From assembly GCF_003334255.1 (NCBI RefSeq), contig NZ_QOWU01000013.1: a DNA stretch of 64,000 nucleotides. One strand, written 5' to 3'. The notes under the pieces are model-generated. The model was not told where the DNA came from and did no database searches. It saw only the letters and a list, made by a program, of their open reading frames with translations. The position numbers and the translations under genes were made by a program. The stretch is from Escherichia coli. GTDB lineage: Bacteria > Pseudomonadota > Gammaproteobacteria > Enterobacterales > Enterobacteriaceae. Of the stretch, positions 33,603 to 45,519 are shown piece by piece; position 1 is the first letter of the stretch, and each line of letters begins with the position of its first letter.

Positions 33603-35753
33603 ATGGATACTAAAAAGATATTCAAGCACATACCCTGGGTGATTCTCGGAATCATCGGTGCATTCTGCCTCGCGGTAGTTGCATTACGTCGGGGGGAGCA
33701 CATCAGCGCCCTGTGGATCGTGGTCGCCTCTGTATCGGTGTATCTGGTGGCGTATCGCTACTACAGTCTGTACATCGCCCAGAAGGTGATGAAACTCGAC
33801 CCCACGCGCGCGACGCCTGCGGTTATTAACAACGACGGTCTGAACTACGTTCCGACCAACCGTTACGTGTTGTTTGGTCACCACTTCGCCGCTATCGCCG
33901 GTGCTGGTCCGCTGGTGGGTCCGGTTCTCGCCGCGCAGATGGGCTACCTGCCTGGCACGCTGTGGCTGCTGGCGGGGGTCGTGCTGGCCGGTGCGGTTCA
34001 GGACTTTATGGTGCTGTTTATCTCCTCTCGCCGTAATGGCGCATCTCTTGGTGAGATGATCAAAGAAGAGATGGGACCAGTACCGGGGACTATCGCGCTG
34101 TTTGGCTGTTTCTTAATCATGATCATCATCCTCGCCGTCCTGGCGCTGATTGTGGTTAAAGCCCTGGCCGAAAGTCCGTGGGGTGTCTTCACCGTTTGCT
34201 CAACCGTACCGATTGCGCTGTTTATGGGTATCTACATGCGCTTTATTCGTCCGGGGCGTGTGGGTGAAGTCTCTGTCATTGGTATCGTGCTGCTGGTTGC
34301 CTCTATCTACTTCGGTGGCGTGATTGCTCACGATCCGTACTGGGGTCCGGCACTGACCTTTAAAGACACCACCATTACCTTCGCGCTGATTGGCTATGCG
34401 TTTGTTTCCGCACTGCTGCCAGTGTGGCTGATCCTCGCACCGCGCGACTATCTGGCAACCTTCCTGAAAATCGGCGTTATCGTCGGCCTGGCGCTGGGTA
34501 TCGTGGTGCTGAACCCGGAACTGAAAATGCCTGCCATGACCCAGTACATTGACGGTACTGGCCCGCTGTGGAAAGGCGCTCTGTTCCCGTTCCTGTTCAT
34601 CACCATCGCCTGTGGTGCGGTATCTGGCTTCCACGCGCTGATCTCTTCCGGTACGACGCCAAAACTGCTGGCTAATGAAACCGACGCGCGTTTCATCGGC
34701 TACGGCGCAATGCTGATGGAGTCCTTCGTGGCGATTATGGCGCTGGTTGCTGCGTCCATCATCGAACCGGGTCTTTACTTCGCGATGAACACCCCGCCTG
34801 CTGGCCTTGGCATCACCATGCCTAACCTGCATGAAATGGGTGGCGAGAACGCGCCGATCATCATGGCGCAGCTGAAAGACGTTACCGCACACGCGGCAGC
34901 GACCGTCAGCTCCTGGGGCTTCGTGATTTCGCCAGGGCAGATCCTGCAAACCGCGAAAGACATTGGTGAGCCTTCTGTCCTGAACCGTGCAGGTGGCGCG
35001 CCGACGCTGGCGGTAGGTATCGCGCACGTGTTCCACAAAGTGCTGCCGATGGCTGACATGGGCTTCTGGTATCACTTCGGTATTCTGTTCGAAGCCCTGT
35101 TCATCCTGACCGCGCTGGATGCGGGTACCCGTTCTGGCCGCTTTATGCTGCAAGACCTGCTGGGTAACTTTATCCCGTTCCTGAAAAAAACCGACTCTCT
35201 GGTTGCCGGTATCATTGGTACTGCGGGCTGTGTGGGTCTGTGGGGCTACCTGCTGTATCAGGGCGTGGTCGATCCGCTGGGCGGCGTTAAGAGCCTGTGG
35301 CCGCTGTTCGGTATCTCCAACCAGATGCTGGCAGCCGTAGCGCTGGTACTGGGCACCGTTGTGCTGATTAAGATGAAGCGCACCCAATACATCTGGGTAA
35401 CTGTTGTTCCGGCTGTATGGCTGCTTATCTGCACCACCTGGGCGCTGGGCCTGAAACTGTTCAGCACCAACCCGCAGATGGAAGGCTTCTTCTACATGGC
35501 AAGCCAGTACAAAGAGAAGATTGCTAACGGTACTGACCTGACGGCGCAGCAGATTGCCAATATGAACCACATCGTTGTGAACAACTACACCAACGCAGGT
35601 CTGAGTATTCTGTTCCTGATTGTGGTGTACAGCATCATCTTCTACGGTTTCAAAACCTGGCTTGCGGTGCGTAACAGCGACAAACGTACTGACAAAGAAA
35701 CACCGTACGTTCCAATCCCGGAAGGCGGCGTGAAGATCTCTTCGCACCACTAA
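33603..35753 (+). CDS. btsT: CstA-family pyruvate/H+ symporter
   Basis: MDTKKIFKHIPWVILGIIGAFCLAVVALRRGEHISALW... from ATG 33603 (716 aa). Confidence 0.9.
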   Translation: MDTKKIFKHIPWVILGIIGAFCLAVVALRRGEHISALWIVVASVSVYLVAYRYYSLYIAQKVMKLDPTRATPAVINNDGLNYVPTNRYVLFGHHFAAIAGAGPLVGPVLAAQMGYLPGTLWLLAGVVLAGAVQDFMVLFISSRRNGASLGEMIKEEMGPVPGTIALFGCFLIMIIILAVLALIVVKALAESPWGVFTVCSTVPIALFMGIYMRFIRPGRVGEVSVIGIVLLVASIYFGGVIAHDPYWGPALTFKDTTITFALIGYAFVSALLPVWLILAPRDYLATFLKIGVIVGLALGIVVLNPELKMPAMTQYIDGTGPLWKGALFPFLFITIACGAVSGFHALISSGTTPKLLANETDARFIGYGAMLMESFVAIMALVAASIIEPGLYFAMNTPPAGLGITMPNLHEMGGENAPIIMAQLKDVTAHAAATVSSWGFVISPGQILQTAKDIGEPSVLNRAGGAPTLAVGIAHVFHKVLPMADMGFWYHFGILFEALFILTALDAGTRSGRFMLQDLLGNFIPFLKKTDSLVAGIIGTAGCVGLWGYLLYQGVVDPLGGVKSLWPLFGISNQMLAAVALVLGTVVLIKMKRTQYIWVTVVPAVWLLICTTWALGLKLFSTNPQMEGFFYMASQYKEKIANGTDLTAQQIANMNHIVVNNYTNAGLSILFLIVVYSIIFYGFKTWLAVRNSDKRTDKETPYVPIPEGGVKISSHH

Positions 35754-35802
35754 CCGTGTTTAGCCCCGCTTCGGCGGGGCTTTGTTCTTATCAGAGTGAA
35801 CT

Positions 35803-36006
35803 ATGTTTGGTAACTTAGGACAGGCAAAAAAATATCTCGGCCAGGCGGCGAAGATGTTGATTGGCATTCCAGACTACGACAACTACGTCGAGCATATGAA
35901 GACCAACCATCCCGACAAGCCGTACATGAGCTATGAAGAATTCTTCCGCGAACGCCAGAACGCGCGCTACGGCGGCGATGGTAAAGGCGGTATGCGCTGT
36001 TGTTAA
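35803..36006 (+). CDS. yjiX: small protein YjiX (DUF466)
   Basis: 67-aa ORF directly after btsT and 10 nt before yjiA. Confidence 0.85.
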
Positions 36007-36016
36007 TGGAGAGAGC

Positions 36017-36973
36017 ATGAACCCGATTGCAGTTACCCTACTCACCGGTTTTTTAGGCGCAGGAAAAACCACCCTGCTGCGCCATATTCTTAACGAACAG
36101 CACGGCTACAAGATTGCCGTGATTGAAAACGAATTCGGCGAAGTCTCTGTTGATGATCAACTGATTGGCGACCGCGCCACGCAGATCAAAACGCTGACCA
36201 ACGGCTGCATCTGCTGTTCGCGCTCCAACGAGCTGGAGGACGCGCTACTCGACCTGCTGGACAATCTCGACAAGGGCAATATTCAGTTCGACCGTCTGGT
36301 CATTGAATGCACCGGTATGGCCGATCCCGGCCCGATTATTCAGACCTTTTTCTCCCATGAGATTTTATGCCAGCGCTACCTGCTGGATGGCGTGATTGCG
36401 CTGGTGGATGCGGTACATGCCGATGAGCAGATGAACCAGTTCACCATCGCCCAGTCCCAGGTGGGCTACGCTGACCGTATTCTGCTGACTAAAACCGACG
36501 TCGCAGGCGAAGTAGAGAAACTGCGTGAACGCCTGGCGCGCATCAACGCCCGCGCACCGGTCTACACCGTCACCCACGGTGACATCGACCTGGGCCTGTT
36601 GTTCAACACCAACGGTTTTATGCTGGAAGAAAACGTCGTCAGCACCAAACCGCGTTTCCACTTTATCGCGGATAAACAAAACGATATTTCGTCGATTGTG
36701 GTGGAACTGGATTACCCGGTAGATATCAGCGAAGTTTCCCGCGTGATGGAAAACCTGCTGCTGGAATCGGCAGATAAACTGCTGCGTTACAAAGGGATGC
36801 TGTGGATTGACGGCGAACCTAACCGCCTGCTGTTCCAGGGCGTCCAGCGCCTCTACAGCGCCGACTGGGACAGGCCATGGGGCGATGAAAAACCGCATAG
36901 CACCATGGTGTTTATCGGGATTCAGCTGCCGGAGGATAAGATTCGGGCGGCGTTTGCTGGGTTGAGGAAGTAA
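36017..36973 (+). CDS. yjiA: CobW/P47K-family metal-chaperone GTPase
   Basis: MNPIAVTLLTGFLGAGKTTLLRHILNEQHGYKIAVIENEFGEV... with GxxGxGK(T) P-loop and CxCC motif; starts at ATG 36017. Confidence 0.9.
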   Translation: MNPIAVTLLTGFLGAGKTTLLRHILNEQHGYKIAVIENEFGEVSVDDQLIGDRATQIKTLTNGCICCSRSNELEDALLDLLDNLDKGNIQFDRLVIECTGMADPGPIIQTFFSHEILCQRYLLDGVIALVDAVHADEQMNQFTIAQSQVGYADRILLTKTDVAGEVEKLRERLARINARAPVYTVTHGDIDLGLLFNTNGFMLEENVVSTKPRFHFIADKQNDISSIVVELDYPVDISEVSRVMENLLLESADKLLRYKGMLWIDGEPNRLLFQGVQRLYSADWDRPWGDEKPHSTMVFIGIQLPEDKIRAAFAGLRK

Positions 36974-36991
36974 TTTTGGATGATGGATGAT

Positions 36992-37022
36992 GGCCGCCAT
37001 GTGGCGGCCTGAATTATTTTTT
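36992..37022 (+). terminator. rho-independent terminator after yjiA
   Basis: GGCCGCCA/TGGCGGCC stem followed by ATTATTTTTT. Confidence 0.6.
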
Positions 37023-37316
37023 GTTCTGATCGCGCAGCATCGCTTCACGTAAAATTGCGTTCAGGCGAGTTTGATAGCCTTTACCAGGTCGCTTCAGCCA
37101 TTCCATCACATCAGCATCAATACGCACCGAAGCCTGGGTTTTCAATGGCCGATAAAACTTACCGCGTTCTGCGTTAGACCATTGCTCATCGCTGGAAGGT
37201 GGGATATCGCTGTAATCAATCTCTTCGTCGGATTTATTCGCCAGCGCCTTCAATTCGGCCTCATGCTGCACATCGAGTGTAGAGGAGGTCCCTCGTTTAT
37301 GTTTAACCATGCTCAT
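37014..37316 (-). CDS. BrnA-like antitoxin (CopG/RHH-type, DUF4415-like)
   Basis: About 100-aa ORF MSMVKHKRGTSSTLDVQHEAELKALANKSDEEIDYSDIPP... whose ATG overlaps the stop of the upstream DUF497 ORF. Confidence 0.6.
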   Translation of the reverse strand: MSMVKHKRGTSSTLDVQHEAELKALANKSDEEIDYSDIPPSSDEQWSNAERGKFYRPLKTQASVRIDADVMEWLKRPGKGYQTRLNAILREAMLRDQNKK

Positions 37317-37599
37317 AGCGACTCCTCTCTTTACGATCTGCTTTTCGTGCACTGATGATTCGAATAATTTCATTTCCGCTTTCGAAACGGATGGTATGCG
37401 CAACCAGAATAACCACGATACCGTGAACCACGCCGATAGTCTGCCAGCGATACTCACCGTTTTCTATGCGATCTTGCTGTGACAAATGTTGTGGATCATC
37501 AAACACCAACACCGCATCTTCAAAGCGGATGCCATGTTTCACCCGATTACTTTTGGCCTTGTTTGCATCCCATTCAAACTCCATTGGCATAGTTGCCAT
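37303..37599 (-). CDS. BrnT-like toxin (DUF497 ribonuclease fold)
   Basis: MATMPMEFEWDANKAKSNRVKHGIRFEDAVLVFDDP... pattern typical of DUF497; start choice (37599, 37590 or 37584) uncertain. Confidence 0.6.
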   Translation of the reverse strand: MATMPMEFEWDANKAKSNRVKHGIRFEDAVLVFDDPQHLSQQDRIENGEYRWQTIGVVHGIVVILVAHTIRFESGNEIIRIISARKADRKERSRYEHG

Positions 37600-37605
37600 C
37601 CCTAA

Positions 37606-37617
37606 TTGTATATACAA
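37606..37617. promoter_or_regulatory. perfect 12-bp palindrome immediately upstream of the brnT-like gene (candidate operator / -10)
   Basis: TTGTATATACAA is its own reverse complement. Confidence 0.4.
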
Positions 37618-37786
37618 AAATGTATCTACAATTATTCTGCAATTATAGCGTTGATGTTGGAAATAGCATCACGTTTTGGATAATCAACCATGAAATTGAC
37701 AATGAGTAAGTTGGACTTGATTCATCCAATAGAATTTCTCGCCTGACATGGCACACTAAACACCTCGCTGTCGTTAAGGGATTACC

Positions 37787-38953
37787 GTGAAAAACTATAA
37801 AGTTATTACCCCGCTTTTTCCTACCTATGCACAGGTTAAAGCTATGATGAAAGCCGTCTCAGGCTATTCCCTGAAAGCGGTACGCAATATGATTACCGCC
37901 ATTCACGAGCAAACCGGTACGCCGCAAAAACCCGTTGACTGGTCGGAACCCGACCTGTGGATCAGCGAGCGCTTAACGGGTGAAGATGCCGACATCGCCC
38001 GTCGTATTTGGGATACCGATAATCACATCTTGAACCCGCGCCACAGCTACGGCTGCTACTTATTCCTCAACTATCCCCAGTTTGATCTGATGGAAAGCAC
38101 ACCAGATGATACCTGGCAGCCCACCTCGCACGGGCAAAAATTCCTGCAAGATGACGAAAAAACGCTGCGTTCACTGGACGATCAGGAAGGCATTCTGCAA
38201 CTTCTTGAACTATTAGCTGGCCGCGAAATGTCGCGCCGCGCCGATTTATTGCCGGAATGGCAGGCCTTTTTGCATCAGCATTCGAAATTCGCGTCTGCAA
38301 GTTCAGTGAAAAGCACGCTCTACTCCCGTCTCTATAACCTTATCGACCGTGACATGGTTAACCGTGAAGGCATGAGCTATCGCATCACCGATACCGGGCG
38401 CGCCTGACTTGGAAAAGCGTTACCTGCACGAAAAAGCGATCCGCGTAAAGAGCTGTTGGAAGCGGTAAAACGCTATAACGAACAGCAAAAAGAGCTGCTG
38501 CGCGAACAAATCAGCACGATGAACCCGTACAAATTTGAACAACTGGTCGGTCAATTACTGGAAGCAATGGGCTACGAGCAGGTCGAAGTGACCAAAGCCT
38601 CTGGCGATAAAGGCGTGGACGTGATTGGTCAGGTGCAGGTCGGCATCACCACCATTACAGAAGTGGTGCAGGTCAAAAGAATGCAGAACACTATCACTCG
38701 CCCGTATATCGACCAGTTGCGCGGGGCGTTGCCTTACCACAAAGCCATTCGCGGTACGCTCATCACCACCGGGAAATTTGCGGCGAAATGTGCAGAAGCG
38801 GCGCTCTTTCCGGGTGCCGCGCCCATTACGCTTATCGACGGCGATCGTTTACTGGAACTGTTAATCGAAAATAACGTCGGCATTCGCCGCAGCAATGCAG
38901 TGGAATTGCTGGATGTAGATTTGCAGTTGTTTGATGAGCTGGAGATGGATTAA
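37787..38953 (+). pseudogene. Mrr-family type IV restriction endonuclease homolog (N-terminal winged-helix plus C-terminal Mrr_cat), interrupted by one in-frame TGA
   Basis: Track ORFs 37787..38407 and 38456..38953 are in the same frame (38456-37787 = 669 = 3 x 223), separated only by TGA at 38405..38407; the C-terminal part carries GDKGVDVIG...VVQVKRMQNTITRP resembling K-12 Mrr GDGGIDGVI...VQAKRWQNTVGRP. Confidence 0.6.
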
Positions 38954-39016
38954 AGGGCGAAATCCGCCGCCTCAACCATTACAATAGCGACCCAATTTAT
39001 CTGAACAGAGTTCATC

Positions 39017-40625
<1,609 letters not shown>

Positions 40626-40636
<11 letters not shown>

Positions 40637-42017
40637 TGGCTTCAAGTTACCTCTAGGATGGAATTGTAAAAAACTGGTTGATTGTACAAAGGAGGGAAAT
40701 ATCTCTTATGGTATTGTTCAACCAGGTCAGCATCAAGAAGATGGCATTGGTATTATTCGTGTAAATAATATACAAAATGGAAATATTTACATAGACGATG
40801 TTCTGAAGGTTTCTCATGAAATAGAAAGTAAATTTGCCAAAACTAGGTTAGAAGGAGGAGAAGTACTTTTAACACTAGTGGGTTCCACTGGAATTAGCGC
40901 CATTACAACTAAAGCACTACAGGGATGGAATGTTGCTCGTGCCGTAGCCGTAATTAAGCCATGCGATGAAATAAGTGCAGAGTGGATACATATTTGCCTC
41001 CAATCACCTTTTACAAAATATTTTTTGGATTCCAGAGCTAATACTACTGTTCAGAAAACTCTCAATCTCAAAGACGTGAAAGAAATTCCATTACCAATTC
41101 CTCCACATGAGGAAAGAGTAAGTCTTGAGAAAATTTACTTCAATTTTGAGAATAGAATAAACTTAAATATAAAAATTAATAAAATCCTAGAAGAAATGTC
41201 ACAAAACCTGTTCAAATCCTGGTTTGTAGATTTTGATCCGGTGGTTGATAACGCTCTGGATGCAGGAAACCCAATTCCGGAAGCCCTGCAATCTCGCGCC
41301 GAATTGCGTCAAAAAGTACGTAATAGTGCAGATTTTAAACCGCTTCCGGCGGAAATCCGCTCGCTTTTCCCAAGTGAATTTGAAGAAACGGAGTTGGGTT
41401 GGATGCCAAAGGGATGGCAAATTAAATCATTAGATCATATTGCTAATTTCCAGAATGGTTTGGCTTTACAAAAATTTAGGCCGAAGAATATGGAGGATGA
41501 TTATTTACCTGTATTAAAAATAGCAGATCTCCGAGCAGGACAAATAACTAATGACGAACGAGCAAGAACTGATATTTCTGATAGTTGTAAGGTGTATGAC
41601 GGCGATATGATTTTCTCATGGTCGGGGACTTTGATGATCGATATTTGGACTGGTGGGAATGCTGCATTAAATCAGCATTTATATAAGGTCACATCAAAAA
41701 AATACCCACAATCTTTTTATTTTATGTGGACAATACAGCATCTTTCAAGATTTCAACATATTGCAGAGGCAAAAGCGGTAACAATGGGGCACATCAAAAA
41801 AGGAGATTTAAGTAACTCTTTCTGTCTAATTCCTACTTCATCGTTGATTACTAAATATGATAATATCGTTGGAGGATATTTAGCGAAGATTAAAAATCAA
41901 AGATTGTTAAATAACCAAATGACCGCCCTACGCGACACCCTGCTCCCGAAACTCATCTCCGGCGAGCTATCCCTGGACGATATTCCGGATCTCAACACCG
42001 ATACAGAAGCTGCATAA
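40626..42017 (+). CDS. hsdS: type I restriction-modification specificity subunit
   Basis: 463-aa ORF overlapping the hsdM stop by 11 nt; two AT-rich segments separated by a GC-normal central region. Confidence 0.85.
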
Positions 42018-42025
42018 CGCATTTT

Positions 42026-42098
42026 GCCCCTGTAAAATCAGGGGCTTTCTGGTAAGGTTTTCTACTGATACGGGAATGCTTACCAGAAATTAGCCAGG
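42026..42098 (+). promoter_or_regulatory. hsdS-hsdR intergenic hairpins (terminator-like stem plus a longer overlapping inverted repeat)
   Basis: GCCCCTG-TAAAAT-CAGGGGC followed by TTTCT; then TTCTGGTAAG...(22 nt)...CTTACCAGAA. Confidence 0.45.
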
Positions 42099-42099
42099 G

Positions 42100-45000
42100 T
42101 TGGAGCGCGATATGAGTCTCTCTTTCAGTGAAGCAAAATTAGAACAAGCGATCATTGAACTGTTACAGGATCAGGGATATCAACACCTGATCGGCGATAA
42201 TGTCCCACGTTCGACTCTCGATCAGGTCATTATCGAAGACGATCTCCGTCATTATTTAGCGGCACGCTACCAGCCTGATGGCATTACTGAAGAAGAGATT
42301 CAGCGACTGATCAAACAGTTCACCACGCTTCCGGCCTCCGATCTTTATGAAAGCAACAAAACATTTTGTCGCTGGCTGGCAAATGGTTTTCTGTTCAAAC
42401 GCGACGATCGGCAAAAAAAAGATCTCTATATTGAATTGCTCGACACCCGGCATCTACCTGCCGCACTGCGCCAGATATTTGACGCTGAAGATGTCCCGTT
42501 GCAACAGGCGGCGGAACTCCCGCCCTCCTATATTAATCCGCCGCTTAACCGGATTAAGATTGTTAACCAGCTTAAAATCTCCGGTAAAGATAATCAGACT
42601 CGTATTCCTGACGGCATTCTCTATATCAACGGTCTGCCACTGGTCGTCTTTGAATTTAAAAGCGCGGTGCGCGAGCAGGAAGCCAATATAGGCGATGCCT
42701 GGAAGCAGCTCTGCAAACGCTATCGCCGGGATATTCCGCAACTGTTTATCTACAACGCGCTCTGCATTATTAGCGATGGTGTAAATAACCGGATGGGCAA
42801 CCTGTTTGCGCCCTATGAATACTTTTACTCATGGCGCAAAGTCACCGGTAATGAAAACCGTGAACAGGACGGAATTCCATCATTGCACTCAATGATTCAG
42901 GGACTGTTTCATCCGGTACGTCTGTTGGATGTGATTAAAAACTTTATCTGCTTCCCGGATAAAGCCAAGCACGAAGTAAAAATTTGCTGCCGATATCCGC
43001 AGTACTATGCCGCCCGCAAACTCTATTACAGCATCAAGCAAGCGCGTAAACCTTTCGGTAGCGGTAAAGGCGGTACCTACTTTGGCGCAACGGGCTGCGG
43101 AAAAAGCTACACCATGCAATTTTTAACCCGCCTGTTAATGAAAAGCGTGGAGTTTGCCAGCCCGACCATTGTTTTGATCACCGACCGTACCGATCTGGAC
43201 GATCAGCTTTCTGCGCAAATGTGCAACGCCAAAAATTACATTGGCGATGACACCATCGTTCCCGTTACCAGCCGTGAAGATTTGCGTAATCAACTGGCGG
43301 GACGCAATAGTGGCGGTGTATTCCTGACAACGATCCATAAATTCACCGAAGACACCGAACTCCTTTCTGAACGCAGCAATATCATTTGCATCTCGGACGA
43401 AGCACATCGCAGTCAGGTTAACCTCGACCAGAAAGTCATCGTCGATAAAGAAAGCGGAAAAGTGCGCAAAACTTATGGCTTTGCGAAATACCTGCACGAT
43501 TCACTGCCAAACGCCACCTATGTTGGCTTTACCGGAACTCCGATTGACGCAACACTCGATGTCTTCGGTGAGGTGATCGACAGTTACACCATGACCGAAT
43601 CCGTTCAGGATGAAATCACTGTACGCATCGTGTACGAAGGCCGTGCGGCTAAAGTGATCCTGGACTCCAGCAAACTGGAAGAAGTCGAAAAGTATTACGA
43701 AGAGTGCGCAAACGCAGGCACCAATGAGTGGCAAATCGACGAAAGCAAAAAAGCCACCGCAACCATGAATGCGGTACTGGGTGATGAAGATCGGTTAAAA
43801 GCCCTCGCGGAAGATTTTGCCAAACATTATGAAAAACGCGTAGCCGAAGGTTCCACCGTAAAAGGCAAAGCCATGTTTGTTTGTGCCAGCCGTGAAATTG
43901 CCTGGGATTTCTACCGCCAGCTTAAAGTTATTCGCCCTGCCTGGTTTGAAGTGAAGCAAGCCCCCGATGGCGTCGTCCTGACGGAACAGGAGCAGAAAGA
44001 GTTACCGCCTTCTGAAATGGTGAAGATGGTCATGACGCGCGGTAAAGATGACGACGAGGCGCTTTATGATTTACTGGGCACAAAAGAATATCGCAAAGAG
44101 CTGGATAAGCAGTTCAAAAACGCTAAATCGAATTTCAAAATTGCCATTGTTGTTGATATGTGGCTGACCGGTTTTGATGTTCCTGAACTGGATACCATCT
44201 ATATTGATAAGCCCTTACAAAAACATAACCTTATCCAGACTATTTCTCGCGTTAACCGTAAACTGGAAGGCAAAAGCAAAGGGTTAGTAGTGGACTACAT
44301 CGGCATTAAGAGTCAGATGAACCAGGCACTGGCAATGTATTCCCGCATTGATGCCACCAACTTTGAAGATATTCAGCAATCGGTAATAGAAGTTAAAAAC
44401 CATCTCGATTTGTTGGGGCAAGTATTTTATGAATTCGACAGTCGGGATTATTTTAGTGGTGAGCCACAAGCGCAATTATCCTGCCTCAACCGCGCGGCGG
44501 AATTTGTTCTGCGCACTCAGAAAGTTGAACGTCGTTTTATGGGACTGGTTAAACGCATGAAAGCCGCCTACGACGTCTGCTGCGGCAGTGAAGCACTATC
44601 ACAGACAGAACGTGATCATATTCACTATTATCTTGCTGTTCGTTCAATTGTTTTCAAACTGACGAAAGGTGACGCACCGGATGTCACCCAGATGAATGCA
44701 CGCGTTCGTGAAATGATTGCAGAAGCGCTAAAAGCTGATGGCGTAGAAGAAATTTATTTTCTTGGCGATAAAAAAGCGGAATCCATCGATATTTTTGACG
44801 AAGATTATCTGGCGCGAATTAACAAGATCAAACTTCCGGCAACGAAGATCCAGTTATTACAAAAATTACTGGAAAAAGCGATCAGCGACTTCAAGAAAGT
44901 GAACCAGTTGCAAGGGATTAACTTCACCCGCCGCTTCCAGGCGATTATAGATCGTTATAATGAGCGGCGAGAAGATGATGTACTCAACGGTGAAGAATTC

Positions 45001-45375
45001 GATACATTCAGTCAGGAAATGACCGATATTATCTATGATATTAAAACCGAAATGGGCACATGGGCCGATTTAGGTATTGATATTGAAGAAAAAGCGTTTT
45101 TCGACATTCTTGCTCATATGCGCGATAAATATCAGTTCACCTATGACGATGAAAAAATGCTGTCACTGGCAAAAGAGATGAAAAGCGTGGTTGACAACAC
45201 ATCGAAATATCCTGACTGGAGTAAACGCGATGATATTAAAGCGAAACTGAAAGTTGAACTTATTCTGCTTCTACACAAGCATAAGTTCCCGCCAGTAGCA
45301 AATGATGATGTTTATATGGGTGTGCTGGCACAGGCAGAGAATTTTAAAGAACATCATATGAGTGCTTTAAATTAA
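42100..45375 (+). CDS. hsdR: type I restriction enzyme R subunit (helicase/endonuclease)
   Basis: 1091-aa ORF with helicase motifs (GCGKSYT Walker A-like; DEAH-like ICISDEAHRSQ); the likelier start is ATG 42112 (GGAG 8 nt upstream). Confidence 0.9.
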   Translation: MERDMSLSFSEAKLEQAIIELLQDQGYQHLIGDNVPRSTLDQVIIEDDLRHYLAARYQPDGITEEEIQRLIKQFTTLPASDLYESNKTFCRWLANGFLFKRDDRQKKDLYIELLDTRHLPAALRQIFDAEDVPLQQAAELPPSYINPPLNRIKIVNQLKISGKDNQTRIPDGILYINGLPLVVFEFKSAVREQEANIGDAWKQLCKRYRRDIPQLFIYNALCIISDGVNNRMGNLFAPYEYFYSWRKVTGNENREQDGIPSLHSMIQGLFHPVRLLDVIKNFICFPDKAKHEVKICCRYPQYYAARKLYYSIKQARKPFGSGKGGTYFGATGCGKSYTMQFLTRLLMKSVEFASPTIVLITDRTDLDDQLSAQMCNAKNYIGDDTIVPVTSREDLRNQLAGRNSGGVFLTTIHKFTEDTELLSERSNIICISDEAHRSQVNLDQKVIVDKESGKVRKTYGFAKYLHDSLPNATYVGFTGTPIDATLDVFGEVIDSYTMTESVQDEITVRIVYEGRAAKVILDSSKLEEVEKYYEECANAGTNEWQIDESKKATATMNAVLGDEDRLKALAEDFAKHYEKRVAEGSTVKGKAMFVCASREIAWDFYRQLKVIRPAWFEVKQAPDGVVLTEQEQKELPPSEMVKMVMTRGKDDDEALYDLLGTKEYRKELDKQFKNAKSNFKIAIVVDMWLTGFDVPELDTIYIDKPLQKHNLIQTISRVNRKLEGKSKGLVVDYIGIKSQMNQALAMYSRIDATNFEDIQQSVIEVKNHLDLLGQVFYEFDSRDYFSGEPQAQLSCLNRAAEFVLRTQKVERRFMGLVKRMKAAYDVCCGSEALSQTERDHIHYYLAVRSIVFKLTKGDAPDVTQMNARVREMIAEALKADGVEEIYFLGDKKAESIDIFDEDYLARINKIKLPATKIQLLQKLLEKAISDFKKVNQLQGINFTRRFQAIIDRYNERREDDVLNGEEFDTFSQEMTDIIYDIKTEMGTWADLGIDIEEKAFFDILAHMRDKYQFTYDDEKMLSLAKEMKSVVDNTSKYPDWSKRDDIKAKLKVELILLLHKHKFPPVANDDVYMGVLAQAENFKEHHMSALN

Positions 45376-45382
45376 TTATGAA

Positions 45383-45408
45383 GGCCGGATACACTTTGTT
45401 ATCCGGCC
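45383..45408 (+). terminator. hairpin downstream of hsdR
   Basis: GGCCGGATA-CACTTTGT-TATCCGGCC directly after the hsdR stop; weak T-tail. Confidence 0.4.
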
Positions 45409-45495
45409 ATTCTGAATTAACGTTAATTTCTCTTCCAGATCTTTCCAGTAACGCTTTTATTATTTTCTATTTTTAGCTGGACTTCCCCCCATATT

Positions 45496-45515
45496 TACTG
45501 ATGATATATCCAGGT
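45496..45515. promoter_or_regulatory. LexA (SOS) box in the symE promoter
   Basis: TACTGATGATATATCCAGGT has CTG-N10-CAG with AT-rich core, matching TACTG(TA)5CAGTA. Confidence 0.7.
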
Positions 45516-45519
45516 ATTT

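Noticed and set aside
34200-35750. 516-aa minus-strand ORF antisense to btsT
   Set aside because: Arg/His/Gln-rich translation opposite a well-supported transporter gene; no independent signals.
35933-36016. N-terminal extension of yjiA overlapping yjiX
   Set aside because: The recognisable YjiA N-terminus with the P-loop begins at ATG 36017, right after the yjiX stop; the extension would overlap yjiX.
36365-37048. 227-aa minus-strand ORF inside yjiA
   Set aside because: Antisense to the conserved GTPase gene and crosses the yjiA terminator hairpin.
38405-38407. In-frame TGA as a selenocysteine codon
   Set aside because: No recognisable SECIS-like hairpin immediately downstream and no functional reason for Sec in an Mrr-type nuclease; a nonsense mutation is more parsimonious.
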